A DNA stretch of 48,767 bases, from NCBI GenBank assembly GCA_964388035.1, contig CAYLZE010000002.1:98141-146907 (forward strand), read 5' to 3'. A program made the translations under genes and the position numbers. Positions 1 through 10,790 of the stretch are shown in pieces. The notes beneath the pieces were generated by a model. That model was not told the origin of the DNA, searched no databases, and saw only the letters and a list, made by a program, of their open reading frames with translations. This stretch comes from an uncultured archaeon (lineage in GTDB: Archaea > Asgardarchaeota > Lokiarchaeia > Sigyniarchaeales > SOKP01). Positions within the stretch are counted from its first letter, which is position 1. Each line of letters begins with the position of its first letter.

Positions 1-8
1 TTGTTACA

Positions 9-857
9 GTGTTAGGTGAAGCGACCATTTTTTCATGGACGATGCAAGCTGTATTCTTTGCGGCATTTTTTCCCATCATGTTGTTAATAATGCGATCAGG
101 GCTTCGGGAAGGTCCTGAAATGCGCGAAAGGCGGGTACGAATTGATTCGGGAGAAAAAATGTCTTTTTTTACGGCATTAAAATACGTATTAAAGCAGAGA
201 AGTTTTGTTGCGTTCATTATCGCGTATGTAGTGTATCAAACCGCCGTAGCGGTAGCTTCCGCATCTTTGCCTTTTTTCGTGGTATATGTTTTAAACATGG
301 AATATGAAGCTATTATTATACCCCAATTATTAATGTTTTTAGCTGCTCCCATCTCTAGTATATTATGGTTAAAAATAGGAAATAAATGGGGTTCGAAAAA
401 GGTATATACTTTAAGTTTTTTTTGGATGGGGTTATCTCTTTTACCGATGCTTTGGATAGAAAGTTATCTTGGATTGATCCTCTCTTTAATCCTTTTTGGA
501 ATTGGCATTTCCGCTAACGGAGTGAATCAAACACCGATCGACGCGGATGTCATTGATCAAGCATGTGTTATTACCGGTACCAGGAATGAGGGAATCTATA
601 ATGGCATCCAAACGTTTTTCGACCGTTTATCTATCGCAGGTCAGGTGCTAATTATAGGTTCCATACAATTATTGACAGGATTTAATCCGGAAGCGGCGGT
701 TCAAACAGAACATTCCATTTTTGGTTTACATCTCATGACATCATTAATTCCAATGATCATATTGATAGCTGGAGTTATAGTATTTTGGCTTCTATATGAT
801 ATTACTACGGAAAAGAGAGCAGAAATACAACGAAAAATGAAGGAACTCGCTCTATAA
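9..857 (+). CDS. MFS transporter, GPH (MelB-like glycoside:cation symporter) family; 5'-truncated by the window edge
   Basis: Multiple TM helices and the GPH C-half motif ADVID...TGTRNEGIYNG. Only the C-terminal ~7 helices are present. Confidence 0.85.
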   Translation: MLGEATIFSWTMQAVFFAAFFPIMLLIMRSGLREGPEMRERRVRIDSGEKMSFFTALKYVLKQRSFVAFIIAYVVYQTAVAVASASLPFFVVYVLNMEYEAIIIPQLLMFLAAPISSILWLKIGNKWGSKKVYTLSFFWMGLSLLPMLWIESYLGLILSLILFGIGISANGVNQTPIDADVIDQACVITGTRNEGIYNGIQTFFDRLSIAGQVLIIGSIQLLTGFNPEAAVQTEHSIFGLHLMTSLIPMIILIAGVIVFWLLYDITTEKRAEIQRKMKELAL

Positions 858-873
858 TTATTTTGCTTTTAAC

Positions 874-883
874 TTTTTTTTTT
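874..883 (+). terminator. Oligo-T tract, putative archaeal terminator
   Basis: T10 run beginning 17 nt after the MFS stop codon. Confidence 0.4.
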
Positions 884-953
884 GTAATTTAAAAATGAAT
901 TTTAAATAAATAATGAAGGAATAAAAAGATCAATTAATAACGAGAGGTTAATT

Positions 954-2396
954 GTGATGAATTTAATTCCAGATGAGATGAGCCAAGAATTAGAAAAGCT
1001 CATTTCATCTTTAATGATTGAGATGAAAATCCCGGGTACAAGCTTAGGGATTCTCTTTCAAAACAAGGTGGTATATACAAAAGCATTTGGAGCCCGATGC
1101 TTGGAGAATAATCTGCCAGCAACGATAGACACCTTATGGAGCTTGGGATCTTGTTCTAAAAGTTATTGTGCGCTTGCGATCATGCAATTATCTGAACAAG
1201 GGAAGCTAAATGTCAATGATCCCATAAGCAAATACATTCCTTTTAAATTGAAGGGATTTGATGGCAGTCCCATAACGATTCACCATCTTTTGACCCATTC
1301 CTCGGGAATTCCAAATCTGGGAAGTGGAGAGATTTTGATAGATCGATGGTCTCTTCAAGATAAATCTCCTCATCCGCATAGTACGTGGGACGATGTGCTA
1401 AATCACGTGAATGGAGCTCAGAATGAGATTTTTATAGCGCCGGGAAAAAAGGTGATATATCTCAATGAAGGCTACGAACTGCTTCAACTGGTTATTGAAA
1501 AAGTGAGTAGCATGAGGTACCGGGAATATGTTACACAAAATATTTTGGAACCCTTACAAATGAAACGCTCTACTTTTGATCAAGATAAGTTTGAGAAGGA
1601 TGCTGATCATTTTACGGGATATACCCCAAGATTGGACGTAGCCCCGCATCCCTTTGATGAAAAGATTGATGCTGCGGGGGGTTTAATTAGTTCCATTCCC
1701 GAACAACTTAACTATTTACAAATGTATTTGAATGGCGGTATATTCGATGGAAAGAAAATTGCTAGTTCGGATTCTATCAAGAAGATGTTTGAGAGTGTAG
1801 TCCCATCCAATTTAGCGGCAAATTACATGCCGAGTCTTGGTAAAGAATATTATAGCTATGGATGGGTAATCATAGAGAATTTTCAAGGAGTCAGGATCAT
1901 CGCTCACCTAGGTTCCACGGGATTTTCATCAAGTGGTTTATTCATGATACCTGAAAAAAAGATTGGAACTGCAATGAGTTCCAATACGGGTTCTGGTCAA
2001 GGGTTGTGTTTTATCGTTTCCTTGATTATCATTGCAGGATTTTTGGGAAAGGAACCCACTAAAGCAATTCTAATCATGGAGAAAATGCAAATGATGGGAA
2101 AATTATCGGGATATTATGAAACCTACAAGGGGATAAACAAAATTAAAATTGAACCTCGGGGCAACATGCTTTTTGCAATTCCCATGGGAGAAAGAGTTAA
2201 AATTATGGAAGAAAATGAAATGCCATTGATTCCAGAAACGAAGATGATGGATACGATGAATTTTTATATATATTCGGCACCAGGAGCCACGATTCCAGTG
2301 GAGTTCATGATTAGTGATTCGGGAGATATAAGTTTCCTAATGGAACGGAATCTTTATCATAAAATTTGTGATTTCCCTCCTCAGTGGGGGGGATAA
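954..2396 (+). CDS. Serine hydrolase, beta-lactamase class C / Pab87-like peptidase family
   Basis: SxxK (GSCSK), LLTHSSG, YxN (YLN) and HxG (AHLG) motifs, plus a C-terminal accessory domain. Confidence 0.88.
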   Translation: MMNLIPDEMSQELEKLISSLMIEMKIPGTSLGILFQNKVVYTKAFGARCLENNLPATIDTLWSLGSCSKSYCALAIMQLSEQGKLNVNDPISKYIPFKLKGFDGSPITIHHLLTHSSGIPNLGSGEILIDRWSLQDKSPHPHSTWDDVLNHVNGAQNEIFIAPGKKVIYLNEGYELLQLVIEKVSSMRYREYVTQNILEPLQMKRSTFDQDKFEKDADHFTGYTPRLDVAPHPFDEKIDAAGGLISSIPEQLNYLQMYLNGGIFDGKKIASSDSIKKMFESVVPSNLAANYMPSLGKEYYSYGWVIIENFQGVRIIAHLGSTGFSSSGLFMIPEKKIGTAMSSNTGSGQGLCFIVSLIIIAGFLGKEPTKAILIMEKMQMMGKLSGYYETYKGINKIKIEPRGNMLFAIPMGERVKIMEENEMPLIPETKMMDTMNFYIYSAPGATIPVEFMISDSGDISFLMERNLYHKICDFPPQWGG

Positions 2397-2401
2397 TGGT
2401 C

Positions 2402-2411
2402 TTTTTTTTTT
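2402..2411 (+). terminator. Oligo-T tract, putative archaeal terminator
   Basis: T10 run beginning 6 nt after the stop codon. Confidence 0.45.
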
Positions 2412-2879
2412 ATTATAACCACGACTTAACAAGGATGATACCGCCTTTAAACTCAAAATAAACAATTTTCCATTCTATAGTAGTACCAGAAAGTTTAATA
2501 TGGAATTATTTTCTAACCATTGTTAAGAATTAACAGATTTTAAAAAATGCTAAAAAGTCATCAAATGGAATAAATCTATTAATTTTTATCATAATATAAA
2601 TACAACTTGAAATTTGAGAATTTCAACCATGCAAAATTACAAAATTACATAAGTATTCCATCTTTATACTATTAAATTATAGTAATTAGTTCAAGGAAAA
2701 TTTTATTTTTAATATTTTAATGAATTTGCCTTTCATTTTTTATTAATAAAATTATCGCTTACCACGCAAACGATTTTTCTGCGTTTCTTATCATGCATTT
2801 GATTCCTTACTATAATATTTCAGGCTTATTTAGTAATTGAAAATTATATTTATAAATTAACAGTTTTTGGAGGATAAAT

Positions 2880-3266
2880 ATGCCGAAAATGAAAAAACAA
2901 ACCAAAAGAGGTAAAAAAAGAACAGGACCATATATACCACCGGAAGTAACCCGTGTAAAATTGCCTTATAATCGAAATGGAGAGATGTTTGCTCGAGTTG
3001 TCGATGTTTTAGGTCAAGAAAGGTTTCGAGTATTTTGTGAAGATGGAAAACATCGAATAGGAAGAGTCAGAGGTAAAATTAAAAAACGTGTTTGGATAAG
3101 AAAAGGGGATTTAGTCATTATTAATCCATGGGAATTTGAAACCTTAGTAAAAGATCAACTTGAAAAGTGCGAGATTTCCTGGAGATACTTACGAAATGAA
3201 GTCTCGTATTTGGATCGAACTAATCGACTTCCTGAGGCATTAGATATAAATAATATCCCCATTTGA
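2880..3266 (+). CDS. eif1a: Translation initiation factor aIF-1A (eIF1A)
   Basis: OB-fold signature VFCEDGKHRIGRVRGKIKKRVWIRKGDLVIINPWEF...WRY, with a GGAGG SD upstream. Confidence 0.95.
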   Translation: MPKMKKQTKRGKKRTGPYIPPEVTRVKLPYNRNGEMFARVVDVLGQERFRVFCEDGKHRIGRVRGKIKKRVWIRKGDLVIINPWEFETLVKDQLEKCEISWRYLRNEVSYLDRTNRLPEALDINNIPI

Positions 3267-3721
3267 GTACTTTAATTTAAGAGCACGGAATGTTTCAATT
3301 TTATTTTTAACATGAAATGAAAATTCTCTTCACATTTAGGGAAACAAGGGAATTGATTATCATTAAAAAAGAACGGGAGATCGTCTTTAACAAAATTATT
3401 AATTTTAACACTTTTATTGAAGAAAGAATAAAATCTTTTTTTGATTGATCTAGTATTGGATTCACTCAAAATTGAACTATCTTGTTAGACGGGAATATTG
3501 GAAATCTATATAATAACAATAAATTAATCCTCTTATTCTAAACTTCAAAGTTATTTGGGAAGATGTCATCTAAACTCATATCCAATTTAAATGATATAAA
3601 AAATAGTATCGAAAAAAACTCTCGCGTTTGATTACATACTTTTTACAAATTATTTTTTCCTGTCATGCAATTGAAATCTCGATCAAGGAATTAGAAGAAA
3701 TGGAAAGAAATAAAATAGAAG

Positions 3722-4708
3722 GTGAATCAATCATTATTAAACCATGTTAATAAATGCAAGGTTATATCTTTGAGAACGAAAGAAGAGAAATTAATAATTA
3801 CCGTTGCTCCCTCGGGGGCGGACACCTTACCGACGCAAACCCCCCATCTGCCGATTACACCGGATGAAATTGCGGAAGAAATTTTTAAATGTTACCAAGC
3901 CGGGGCTTCCATCGCTCATGTTCACGCGAGAGAGTCCGAGACAGGAAAACCCACTCCAAATCTTAGCGTCTATCGCGAGATTTGCGAGAAAGTGAAAAAA
4001 AAGTGCGATATTGTTATTTGCGTGACTACGGGAGGAGCTGTGGGATTATCTCCACAAGAAAGATTGGCTGTCCTGCCAGAATTGCAGCCAGAAATGTGCT
4101 CCTTTACACCCGAAAGTGTGAATGTCGGGCTTTTTAAAATTGCGGATAGATATCAGTGGAAATTTGCCTGGGAAAAACCTTTTTTGGAAGATAGTAAAAA
4201 TCAAGTATTTAGTAATAGCTTCGCTGACCTCGAGACTTTTACCAAAACCATGAAAAAATATGGCACGAAACCAGAATGTGAGTTTTTCTCAACGAGCGGA
4301 ATATATAATCTAAATTTTCTCGTGCACCAGGGTTTAATAGACAAGCCCATTCATTGTCAATTTGTATTAGGTACCCTTGGAGGTACAGGCGCTTATCCCA
4401 TAGAATTAATGCACTTTTATAATGAACTCGTCCACATGTATGGAAAAGATAATTTTACTTGGTCCACGATTGGCGTGGGATATCCTGGCATGAACCGGAT
4501 GGCTGCCATGGCGATAATGATGGGTGGCCACGTGCGGGTGGGAATGGAAGATAATATTTATATTCGAGGTCGAAAACATGCGAAAAGTAATGTCGATTTT
4601 GTAAAAGATATCCGTGCGCTAGCAGACATTCTCGGGCGAGAAATTGCCACACCTCAAGATGCTCGCCTGATCTTAAGATTAAAAGGAGCGGACAAGACGA
4701 ATTTCTAA
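3722..4708 (+). CDS. Beta-keto acid cleavage enzyme (BKACE / 3-keto-5-aminohexanoate cleavage family, DUF849)
   Basis: IITVAPSG, LPITPDEIA, AHVHAR and GHVRVGMEDN motifs. The true start is probably the TTG at ~3770. Confidence 0.92.
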   Translation: MNQSLLNHVNKCKVISLRTKEEKLIITVAPSGADTLPTQTPHLPITPDEIAEEIFKCYQAGASIAHVHARESETGKPTPNLSVYREICEKVKKKCDIVICVTTGGAVGLSPQERLAVLPELQPEMCSFTPESVNVGLFKIADRYQWKFAWEKPFLEDSKNQVFSNSFADLETFTKTMKKYGTKPECEFFSTSGIYNLNFLVHQGLIDKPIHCQFVLGTLGGTGAYPIELMHFYNELVHMYGKDNFTWSTIGVGYPGMNRMAAMAIMMGGHVRVGMEDNIYIRGRKHAKSNVDFVKDIRALADILGREIATPQDARLILRLKGADKTNF

Positions 4709-4893
4709 TCTTATTAAAATTATATCAATTTCAAACATTTTTCTTATATTTGAAATGCAATTGATAAAGATTGAAATAGATGGATCTACTTAATTTTATA
4801 TTATTGAACTTCCATTTAAGTATGTTCCACGCAAAAACAAAATGTTAGAGATTCGTGCAATAACCGAGAATTCAAGAAGTAATCAAATTAAAT

Positions 4894-4914
4894 TTAATCT
4901 ATAGTATAGATTAA
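4894..4914. repeat. Perfect inverted repeat TTAATCTATA-G-TATAGATTAA between convergent genes
   Basis: 10-bp arms with a 1-nt centre, read directly from the sequence. Confidence 0.6.
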
Positions 4915-5051
4915 GAATTTTTATCGTTCTTTAAAAATTAATGTGTAATCATATAATTCTGAATTATATTCAAATGAGCCAAAAAGAATTACATCTAAAA
5001 GATAAGGGATTTCTTTAAAACTTGTGAAATTTTTTCTATAGAATATATGGG

Positions 5052-6452
5052 CTAAAATTTTTCCATTTTTTTCCAAAACCTTCTGCCCCATTTACTCGTT
5101 ATATCATTCCAATCGTCTCGAAAATACTTCATTTTAAGTCTCAATGATTCTATATCAGCTTTAAATTTAGGTTCTTGTGCAAGATTATTCATTTCATGAG
5201 GATCTTGTTGAAGATCAAATAATTGTGTATTTCTGTTTTTTTTCACGCAATATTCAATCAATTTAAAGTTGTTATATTTTATAGCTCTCTGAAATTCTCT
5301 ATAGACTAAATATAATGAGTCTCTGATTTGGTGTGTAGGATTTTTCATGGATTCAACCAAACTTTTTCCTTCAACTGTTGGAGGAATCTCAAGTTCTACC
5401 AATTCACAGATCGTTGGAAATATGTCAAATAGATAAACATAATGGTCTCTTTGAATATCATGAGGAATCCCCGGACCACTAAACACTAAAGGTACGCGAG
5501 TACTATGTTCATAACAATTTTGTTTACCAAGAAGACCGTGTTGCCCTAAAGCCAGACCATTATCTCCAGCTAGAATTATGATAGTATTATCGAGAATACC
5601 TTTTTCTTCTAAGGCATAATAGACTTTCCCGAGATTATAATCAAGATGCGTAATCATGGAATAGTATTCCGAGATATGACGTTTTATATTTTCCATGGTG
5701 CGAGGAAATGGTGCTAATAATTCATCTCTCGATTTAAGATCCCCATTATCGAAGGGGTGATTCTCTCTAAAATTTTCAGGTAATTTAATCAAATCAGGAG
5801 AATACATTTCTAAAAACTCTTTGGGCATTGTCCTTGGATCATGGGGCGCAAGAGTAGAAATGTACATGAAAAAAGGTCTAACCTTTTTATAATTTTTAAT
5901 AAATTTGATGGAAGCATTTGAAATAACCTCACTGGAATGCTTACCTGAATGAATGTGATCAGCTTTTCTTTCTATTGTTTGGTTAGAAAGGAGAGGATCA
6001 ACGCATTGTAATAACACGGAATCATATCTTCCTGTTGGATCATAATTGAAAGCGGGTACGTTCCAATGATCCGTCATTCCTCCAAAAAAGATCTCAGCAC
6101 CATTGCAGAAGCTTCGATTAAACGAATTAGTCCCATTATGCCACTTCCCCGTACCCCAGGTATAATAACCATTTTGCTGTAACCATTCTCCTAATGTCAC
6201 ATGTTCTTCAGGGATTTGCTCCCCTGCTCCTTGAAGATGAAATAAGGTTCTTCCCGTATGAAGCATTGCTCTACTTGGCATGCAAACAGCTGCATCCGTT
6301 CCACCAGGAATGTGTGCTTGCGTAAATGAAACCCCATTTTTGACCAAGGCATCCATGAATGGAGTTTTAATCTCAGCATTTCCAAGAGCATGGATGGTAT
6401 CAAAACGTTGATCATCCGTGAAAAAAAATACAATATTAGGCTTATCACTCAT
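5052..6452 (-). CDS. Formylglycine-dependent sulfatase (choline-sulfatase-like)
   Basis: PNIVFFFTDDQR, CxPxR (CMPSR), GKWH, PHDP and GDNG motifs. Confidence 0.93.
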   Translation of the reverse strand: MSDKPNIVFFFTDDQRFDTIHALGNAEIKTPFMDALVKNGVSFTQAHIPGGTDAAVCMPSRAMLHTGRTLFHLQGAGEQIPEEHVTLGEWLQQNGYYTWGTGKWHNGTNSFNRSFCNGAEIFFGGMTDHWNVPAFNYDPTGRYDSVLLQCVDPLLSNQTIERKADHIHSGKHSSEVISNASIKFIKNYKKVRPFFMYISTLAPHDPRTMPKEFLEMYSPDLIKLPENFRENHPFDNGDLKSRDELLAPFPRTMENIKRHISEYYSMITHLDYNLGKVYYALEEKGILDNTIIILAGDNGLALGQHGLLGKQNCYEHSTRVPLVFSGPGIPHDIQRDHYVYLFDIFPTICELVELEIPPTVEGKSLVESMKNPTHQIRDSLYLVYREFQRAIKYNNFKLIEYCVKKNRNTQLFDLQQDPHEMNNLAQEPKFKADIESLRLKMKYFRDDWNDITSKWGRRFWKKMEKF

Positions 6453-6561
6453 TTTTGCCTTTCCTAAAAAACTGTTTGATTACCATATACTTGATAATGA
6501 ATCTCTCAAAATATATTAATTGAATTGAAAAAATAAAAATACAAAATTACTAATTAGAATT

Positions 6562-8217
6562 TCATGGTACTTCCTTACTTTTTCTGTATTTCTCCACTAC
6601 TCTAATGATACGCTCTTGAATCCCTATATTTCCAAAATTATCAGTTACTTTTAATCGGACTTTGTAACTACCTGCTTTTCGAAAAGACCGAATCATTATT
6701 ATTCTATCACTGGTCATTCCATCTTCAAATTCCCATTTTATAGATAATAATATACCTTTAGGGCTTACAAATACGGAAGGAATGAATAATGCCAAACCAC
6801 CAGCAACCAGTACTTCTGGAATAACGTGAAACATTATTTGAGGAGAATTTAACCCTTCCTTTTGAGTTATGAACTGATCTAAATTAGTTAATTTTCCATC
6901 TGCAGTTTTAATTTTTTCCGAGGGAGTGGAAAGTATTTGATCTATTATTTCTATATGAGCTTTCAATGATCTTTCTAATTGATCTGGCTTTATAATATCG
7001 ATCGTGTCAAGCTTTGTATGATACAGAATTGGTTTTCCAATAATTAGAATCGAAGGCACCTCTTTTGCGATAAAAGGAGGCAAATCTGCTGCAGGTAAAG
7101 AGCGTGCTGATACATATGCAGCGGGCATTAATTGATATTTTAGTACTGCCTCTAAAACAAATGAAAGGAGCACTGCATTTTCACTGACAAATAATCCCCT
7201 ACGTTCATCAAGATTTGTAGGCACAATAGCACCATCCGCTTGGTTATAATATTCATTACAACCAAATCCATCCAATAAAACAAAGGTTGTTATCTTGGGT
7301 AAGATATCTTCATGCATTTGTACAAATAATTTTGATCCGATTGATCCACATTCGTGACCTGTCCATCCAACAAATAATAAAGTTTTTTCTCTCTTTTCAA
7401 GCGGTATTTTAACATAATGCCTTGCTAGAATGATTAACGCAGCATTTGCAGCGGCATTGTCCAAGGCTCCTGTGAAAGTTGAATCGGTATGAGTGCCAAT
7501 CAAAATTACATCCTCCGATTTTCCGGGTAGTCTCCCTATGATTGTATTGCTCGTTGCTGGTCCTTTTTTCGAATGTAGTGTAAATTTTACCACGAGTTTC
7601 TTATAAAACCTCGTACATAAATGTTTTAAATAAATCCCATCAGGAGTACTTATAGAGAGAAATGGGAGAAATCCATCAATACTGGGACTAGGTGACATGT
7701 ATGTAATACTGTCCAAGGGACTTCCATTGGTACAGATTACCGCTAAAGCCCCCATTTTTTTTGCAGTACCCACAGTATCAAACAATCGTTCATTATGAGT
7801 GGGGAAAAAATTTAATACCATCTTTCCGTCGATTAAGGCAATTTTACCATTAACATCTACTTCATTAAATTCACTTTTTGTTCCATATCCTACATAGATT
7901 ACTTCTGCTACGAATCCCTCTTTGGGGGTAGAATCACTGAACCATGCGGGGAAAGTTTCAATAACTTGGTCTTTTGAGACGCCGGGAGTATGTTCTGAAA
8001 GAATGGTGAGTTCATATTTTTCAGGCCACCAACGCGTATAATTTATTTCTTCAAGCTTAACATCTGGTAATCCTGTTTCTTTCAATTTGTCATATAAATA
8101 CAGTTCTGCTTTATCCGCAGGAGGAGTACCCGCTCGACGATATCCAAATTCACAAAGATTCCGTACAATATCGAGCATTTCTTGTCCATTAAAATCGAAA
8201 TTTAAATTTTCATCCAT
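6562..8217 (-). CDS. M28 family metallopeptidase with PA domain and C-terminal PKD domain
   Basis: PA domain (YVGYG...DVNGKIAL); HTD, ALDNAA, GHE and YHTKLDT motifs; PKD-like WEFEDG...GSYKVRLKVTDN. Confidence 0.85.
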   Translation of the reverse strand: MDENLNFDFNGQEMLDIVRNLCEFGYRRAGTPPADKAELYLYDKLKETGLPDVKLEEINYTRWWPEKYELTILSEHTPGVSKDQVIETFPAWFSDSTPKEGFVAEVIYVGYGTKSEFNEVDVNGKIALIDGKMVLNFFPTHNERLFDTVGTAKKMGALAVICTNGSPLDSITYMSPSPSIDGFLPFLSISTPDGIYLKHLCTRFYKKLVVKFTLHSKKGPATSNTIIGRLPGKSEDVILIGTHTDSTFTGALDNAAANAALIILARHYVKIPLEKREKTLLFVGWTGHECGSIGSKLFVQMHEDILPKITTFVLLDGFGCNEYYNQADGAIVPTNLDERRGLFVSENAVLLSFVLEAVLKYQLMPAAYVSARSLPAADLPPFIAKEVPSILIIGKPILYHTKLDTIDIIKPDQLERSLKAHIEIIDQILSTPSEKIKTADGKLTNLDQFITQKEGLNSPQIMFHVIPEVLVAGGLALFIPSVFVSPKGILLSIKWEFEDGMTSDRIIMIRSFRKAGSYKVRLKVTDNFGNIGIQERIIRVVEKYRKSKEVP

Positions 8218-8326
8218 TTTTCAAATTCTATTTTTACTTAATATATTTTAATTTTAAATTTGAACGTGTTGGTTTGTAATTTAACATCATTTTAAAAATA
8301 AAAAAATATATTTTAATAATTTAAAA

Positions 8327-9808
8327 CTACCGACCTATCTTCAGCAGATTTTCTTTCAGCACGTCTTCTTTATCTTTTGTAATATCAAAAAGTTTCCAAA
8401 ATGCTAATCCCGCTAACACGGCTATAAATCCCAGAAAAATGGAGATTGTAAATAGTAACCCGAATTTGGCTGTGTCTGTATTCGCTGTTCCTAAGAGGGG
8501 ATCATATCCAAAAATTGCCCATATAATAGCAAAAGCTAGGGCTTGTATTGCCAAGTTGGTCGATCTAAGCATTCCATTAATTGAAGTATATTGTCCTTCC
8601 TCACGCGTGCCATGTTTCAATACACTATCATCAATCGCTTGTTTTAAAACGACGGATCGCGCATTGACTTGTAAACCAATACCGGCGGCACCAATGAAAT
8701 AGAATAAAGTAAGAGATACGATATCGGTACTAAAAATAGATAAAAAGAATCCAAGGGCCGTGATAGCTAAACCCCATAGTGTGGTTTTCCTAGTACCCCA
8801 TTTTTTCATGCTAAAATAAGAGACCACACCGAATAATACTAATCCTAAGACCACGGCAACCTGGGGAATAATGGCAAATCCGATATCCACTCCTAAGGCA
8901 TCCACTACGTAGTAATCAAGCCCCACTATGAAAGTTCTATTGATTATTGCCCATTGTAAATCAATAATCATGAAAGCCAGCCAATTTTTATCCGTAAAAG
9001 CACGTTTTAAAACTTGTATAAAGGGAGGGCGCTTTACAATATCGTCAAATTGAGCCCTGAACTCTTTCATTTCTTTTGGTTCTCGCAATCCATAAATTGC
9101 AAATGGTAATCCTATCGCATAAATGAGAGCAACTGCAATTCCCATCATGAAAAAGGCGTCAGGATTATCCGCTCTTCCTGTAGCATCAAATGCATGAAAT
9201 GTGCTCAACAATAACGGAATTAATAGTAATCCAAGAACCATTCCAATTAGATTTATAGTAAAAGCGTCAAATAGCGTTATTCTCCGTCTACTCTCTTGAT
9301 CTCGCATCAGATCAATCAATGATGATTCCAAATTCATTTCCCTAAAAGTTTGAAAAAAATCAAAAACGCAAATCATGAGTGTCAACCAAATTACTGCAGG
9401 GATTATTAAAGATGGATCTGCTAATCCTCCGCCCGGATTTAATGGCCACGGCATGAATTGTAAAACCACAAAAATCATCATTCCTAAATTTCCAAGGATA
9501 ATTAAAGGTAGTCTTTTCCCAAATCTTCGGGTAAATCGCTTCGTTTTGTCGGATAATCGACCAATAAGTGGATCATTAAGAATGTCCCAAATAACAAATA
9601 TAGCGATGAATAATGAAATTAGGAAAGGATCCAATCCGAGTACTTTCGTTCCGTAGATTTGAAAACGAGCTTGAGCAGTAAAGATCACAATCCAAAAAAG
9701 ATTTGATACACTAATTGCGAGAATCTTTTTCAAAGCAGGAGGCTCATATTTTCTATCTAACCCAGTAGGCTTTATTTCATTCATTTCATTCATTTCTGTT
9801 TCATTCAT
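8327..9808 (-). CDS. MFS transporter, GPH family
   Basis: About 12 TM helices; WDILNDPLIGRLSD...FGKR and GTREEGQY motifs. Confidence 0.9.
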   Translation of the reverse strand: MNETEMNEMNEIKPTGLDRKYEPPALKKILAISVSNLFWIVIFTAQARFQIYGTKVLGLDPFLISLFIAIFVIWDILNDPLIGRLSDKTKRFTRRFGKRLPLIILGNLGMMIFVVLQFMPWPLNPGGGLADPSLIIPAVIWLTLMICVFDFFQTFREMNLESSLIDLMRDQESRRRITLFDAFTINLIGMVLGLLLIPLLLSTFHAFDATGRADNPDAFFMMGIAVALIYAIGLPFAIYGLREPKEMKEFRAQFDDIVKRPPFIQVLKRAFTDKNWLAFMIIDLQWAIINRTFIVGLDYYVVDALGVDIGFAIIPQVAVVLGLVLFGVVSYFSMKKWGTRKTTLWGLAITALGFFLSIFSTDIVSLTLFYFIGAAGIGLQVNARSVVLKQAIDDSVLKHGTREEGQYTSINGMLRSTNLAIQALAFAIIWAIFGYDPLLGTANTDTAKFGLLFTISIFLGFIAVLAGLAFWKLFDITKDKEDVLKENLLKIGR

Positions 9809-9863
9809 TTTATTATTTCTCGTAACTTTTTTTAAGTTTGAATTTTTTTGTAAAAATAATAAT

Positions 9864-9884
9864 GATGAAAACTATGTTTTCATC
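9864..9884. promoter_or_regulatory. Palindrome GATGAAAAC-TAT-GTTTTCATC, probable TetR operator
   Basis: Perfect 9-bp arms in the divergent MFS/TetR intergenic region, directly downstream (minus strand) of a TTTAAATA TATA-like box at ~9886-9893. Confidence 0.65.
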
Positions 9885-9978
9885 TTATTTAAATATTTTT
9901 AATTAGGCATTTGAACTTTCAGTAGATCATCTAATCTCTGAAAAAGGAGCTAAAATTAAATCCAAAAATATTAATTGA

Positions 9979-10001
9979 ACAAAATTTATTATAAATTTTG
10001 T
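9979..10001. promoter_or_regulatory. Palindrome ACAAAATTTAT-T-ATAAATTTTGT upstream of tetR
   Basis: Perfect 11-bp arms containing a TTATAAA TATA-like element. It is AT-rich, so less specific. Confidence 0.4.
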
Positions 10002-10053
10002 AAATTAAGTATAGATAATAAAAATTGGATATAAAAAGATTGATTAAAAGCGT

Positions 10054-10746
10054 ATGACACGAGAAAAAAAAGCTTCACAAATACAGACTAGAGCTATTAA
10101 TCCTATTAAGCAATACATGAGCAATAAAACATTCCTAAGAATTTTAGAGGTCGGTAAAAAGATCATCTTAGAAAAAGGTCAAACTGGGCTAAACATGCGA
10201 GCTCTTGGAAAGCTTATAAAGATGGAGCCGGGAAATATCTATCGCTATTTTGACAATAAAAGGGATCTCTGGATAGCCATTAAATATAGTTTTTATGATG
10301 ACTTTCTTGTTGAATTTAATAATATTATTAAAGACCATGATGGAACCTATCTTGAGCTTTTCATAAAATTTGGCCGCTTATATTTGGAATTTGCGAGTGA
10401 AAATTTTTATAGATTCGAAATGGTGTTTTTATCAAATCCACCAGAGGCAAGTAAGATTGGAAAAATTGAAGAGGAGATGGATCCTTATTCGATTACAAAA
10501 AATTTATTTGAATTAGTTAAACAAGCGGTCGAAGCAAACGAACTAAAAGAACAGGATGCTCTCAAAACATATTATACCATCCTCGGTCTATTAGTGGGCG
10601 CTGCAAGGAATGAGGATTCAATTAAGAAACACATAATCATAACAGAACCATTAGATGTTAAATCTGGAATCAAATCTATTGAAGAATTTAGAGAATTTGT
10701 TATTCAGAATGTATCTGATATCTATAAAAAATATGCTCCTGATTAA
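10054..10746 (+). CDS. TetR/AcrR family transcriptional regulator
   Basis: HTH motif LNMRALGKLIKMEPGNIYRYFDNKRDL. Confidence 0.92.
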   Translation: MTREKKASQIQTRAINPIKQYMSNKTFLRILEVGKKIILEKGQTGLNMRALGKLIKMEPGNIYRYFDNKRDLWIAIKYSFYDDFLVEFNNIIKDHDGTYLELFIKFGRLYLEFASENFYRFEMVFLSNPPEASKIGKIEEEMDPYSITKNLFELVKQAVEANELKEQDALKTYYTILGLLVGAARNEDSIKKHIIITEPLDVKSGIKSIEEFREFVIQNVSDIYKKYAPD

Positions 10747-10790
10747 TTTTTATATTAAAAAGGAAGGTTTGAAAAGAGGGTTAAAAAAGT

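Noticed and set aside
3272-3469. 65-aa ORF and other short ORFs antisense to or overlapping long genes (e.g. 8439-8702, 19666-20073, 29961-30308, 30596-31042, 42905-43186)
   Set aside because: No recognisable motifs; they are shadow frames of real genes or AT-rich chance ORFs.
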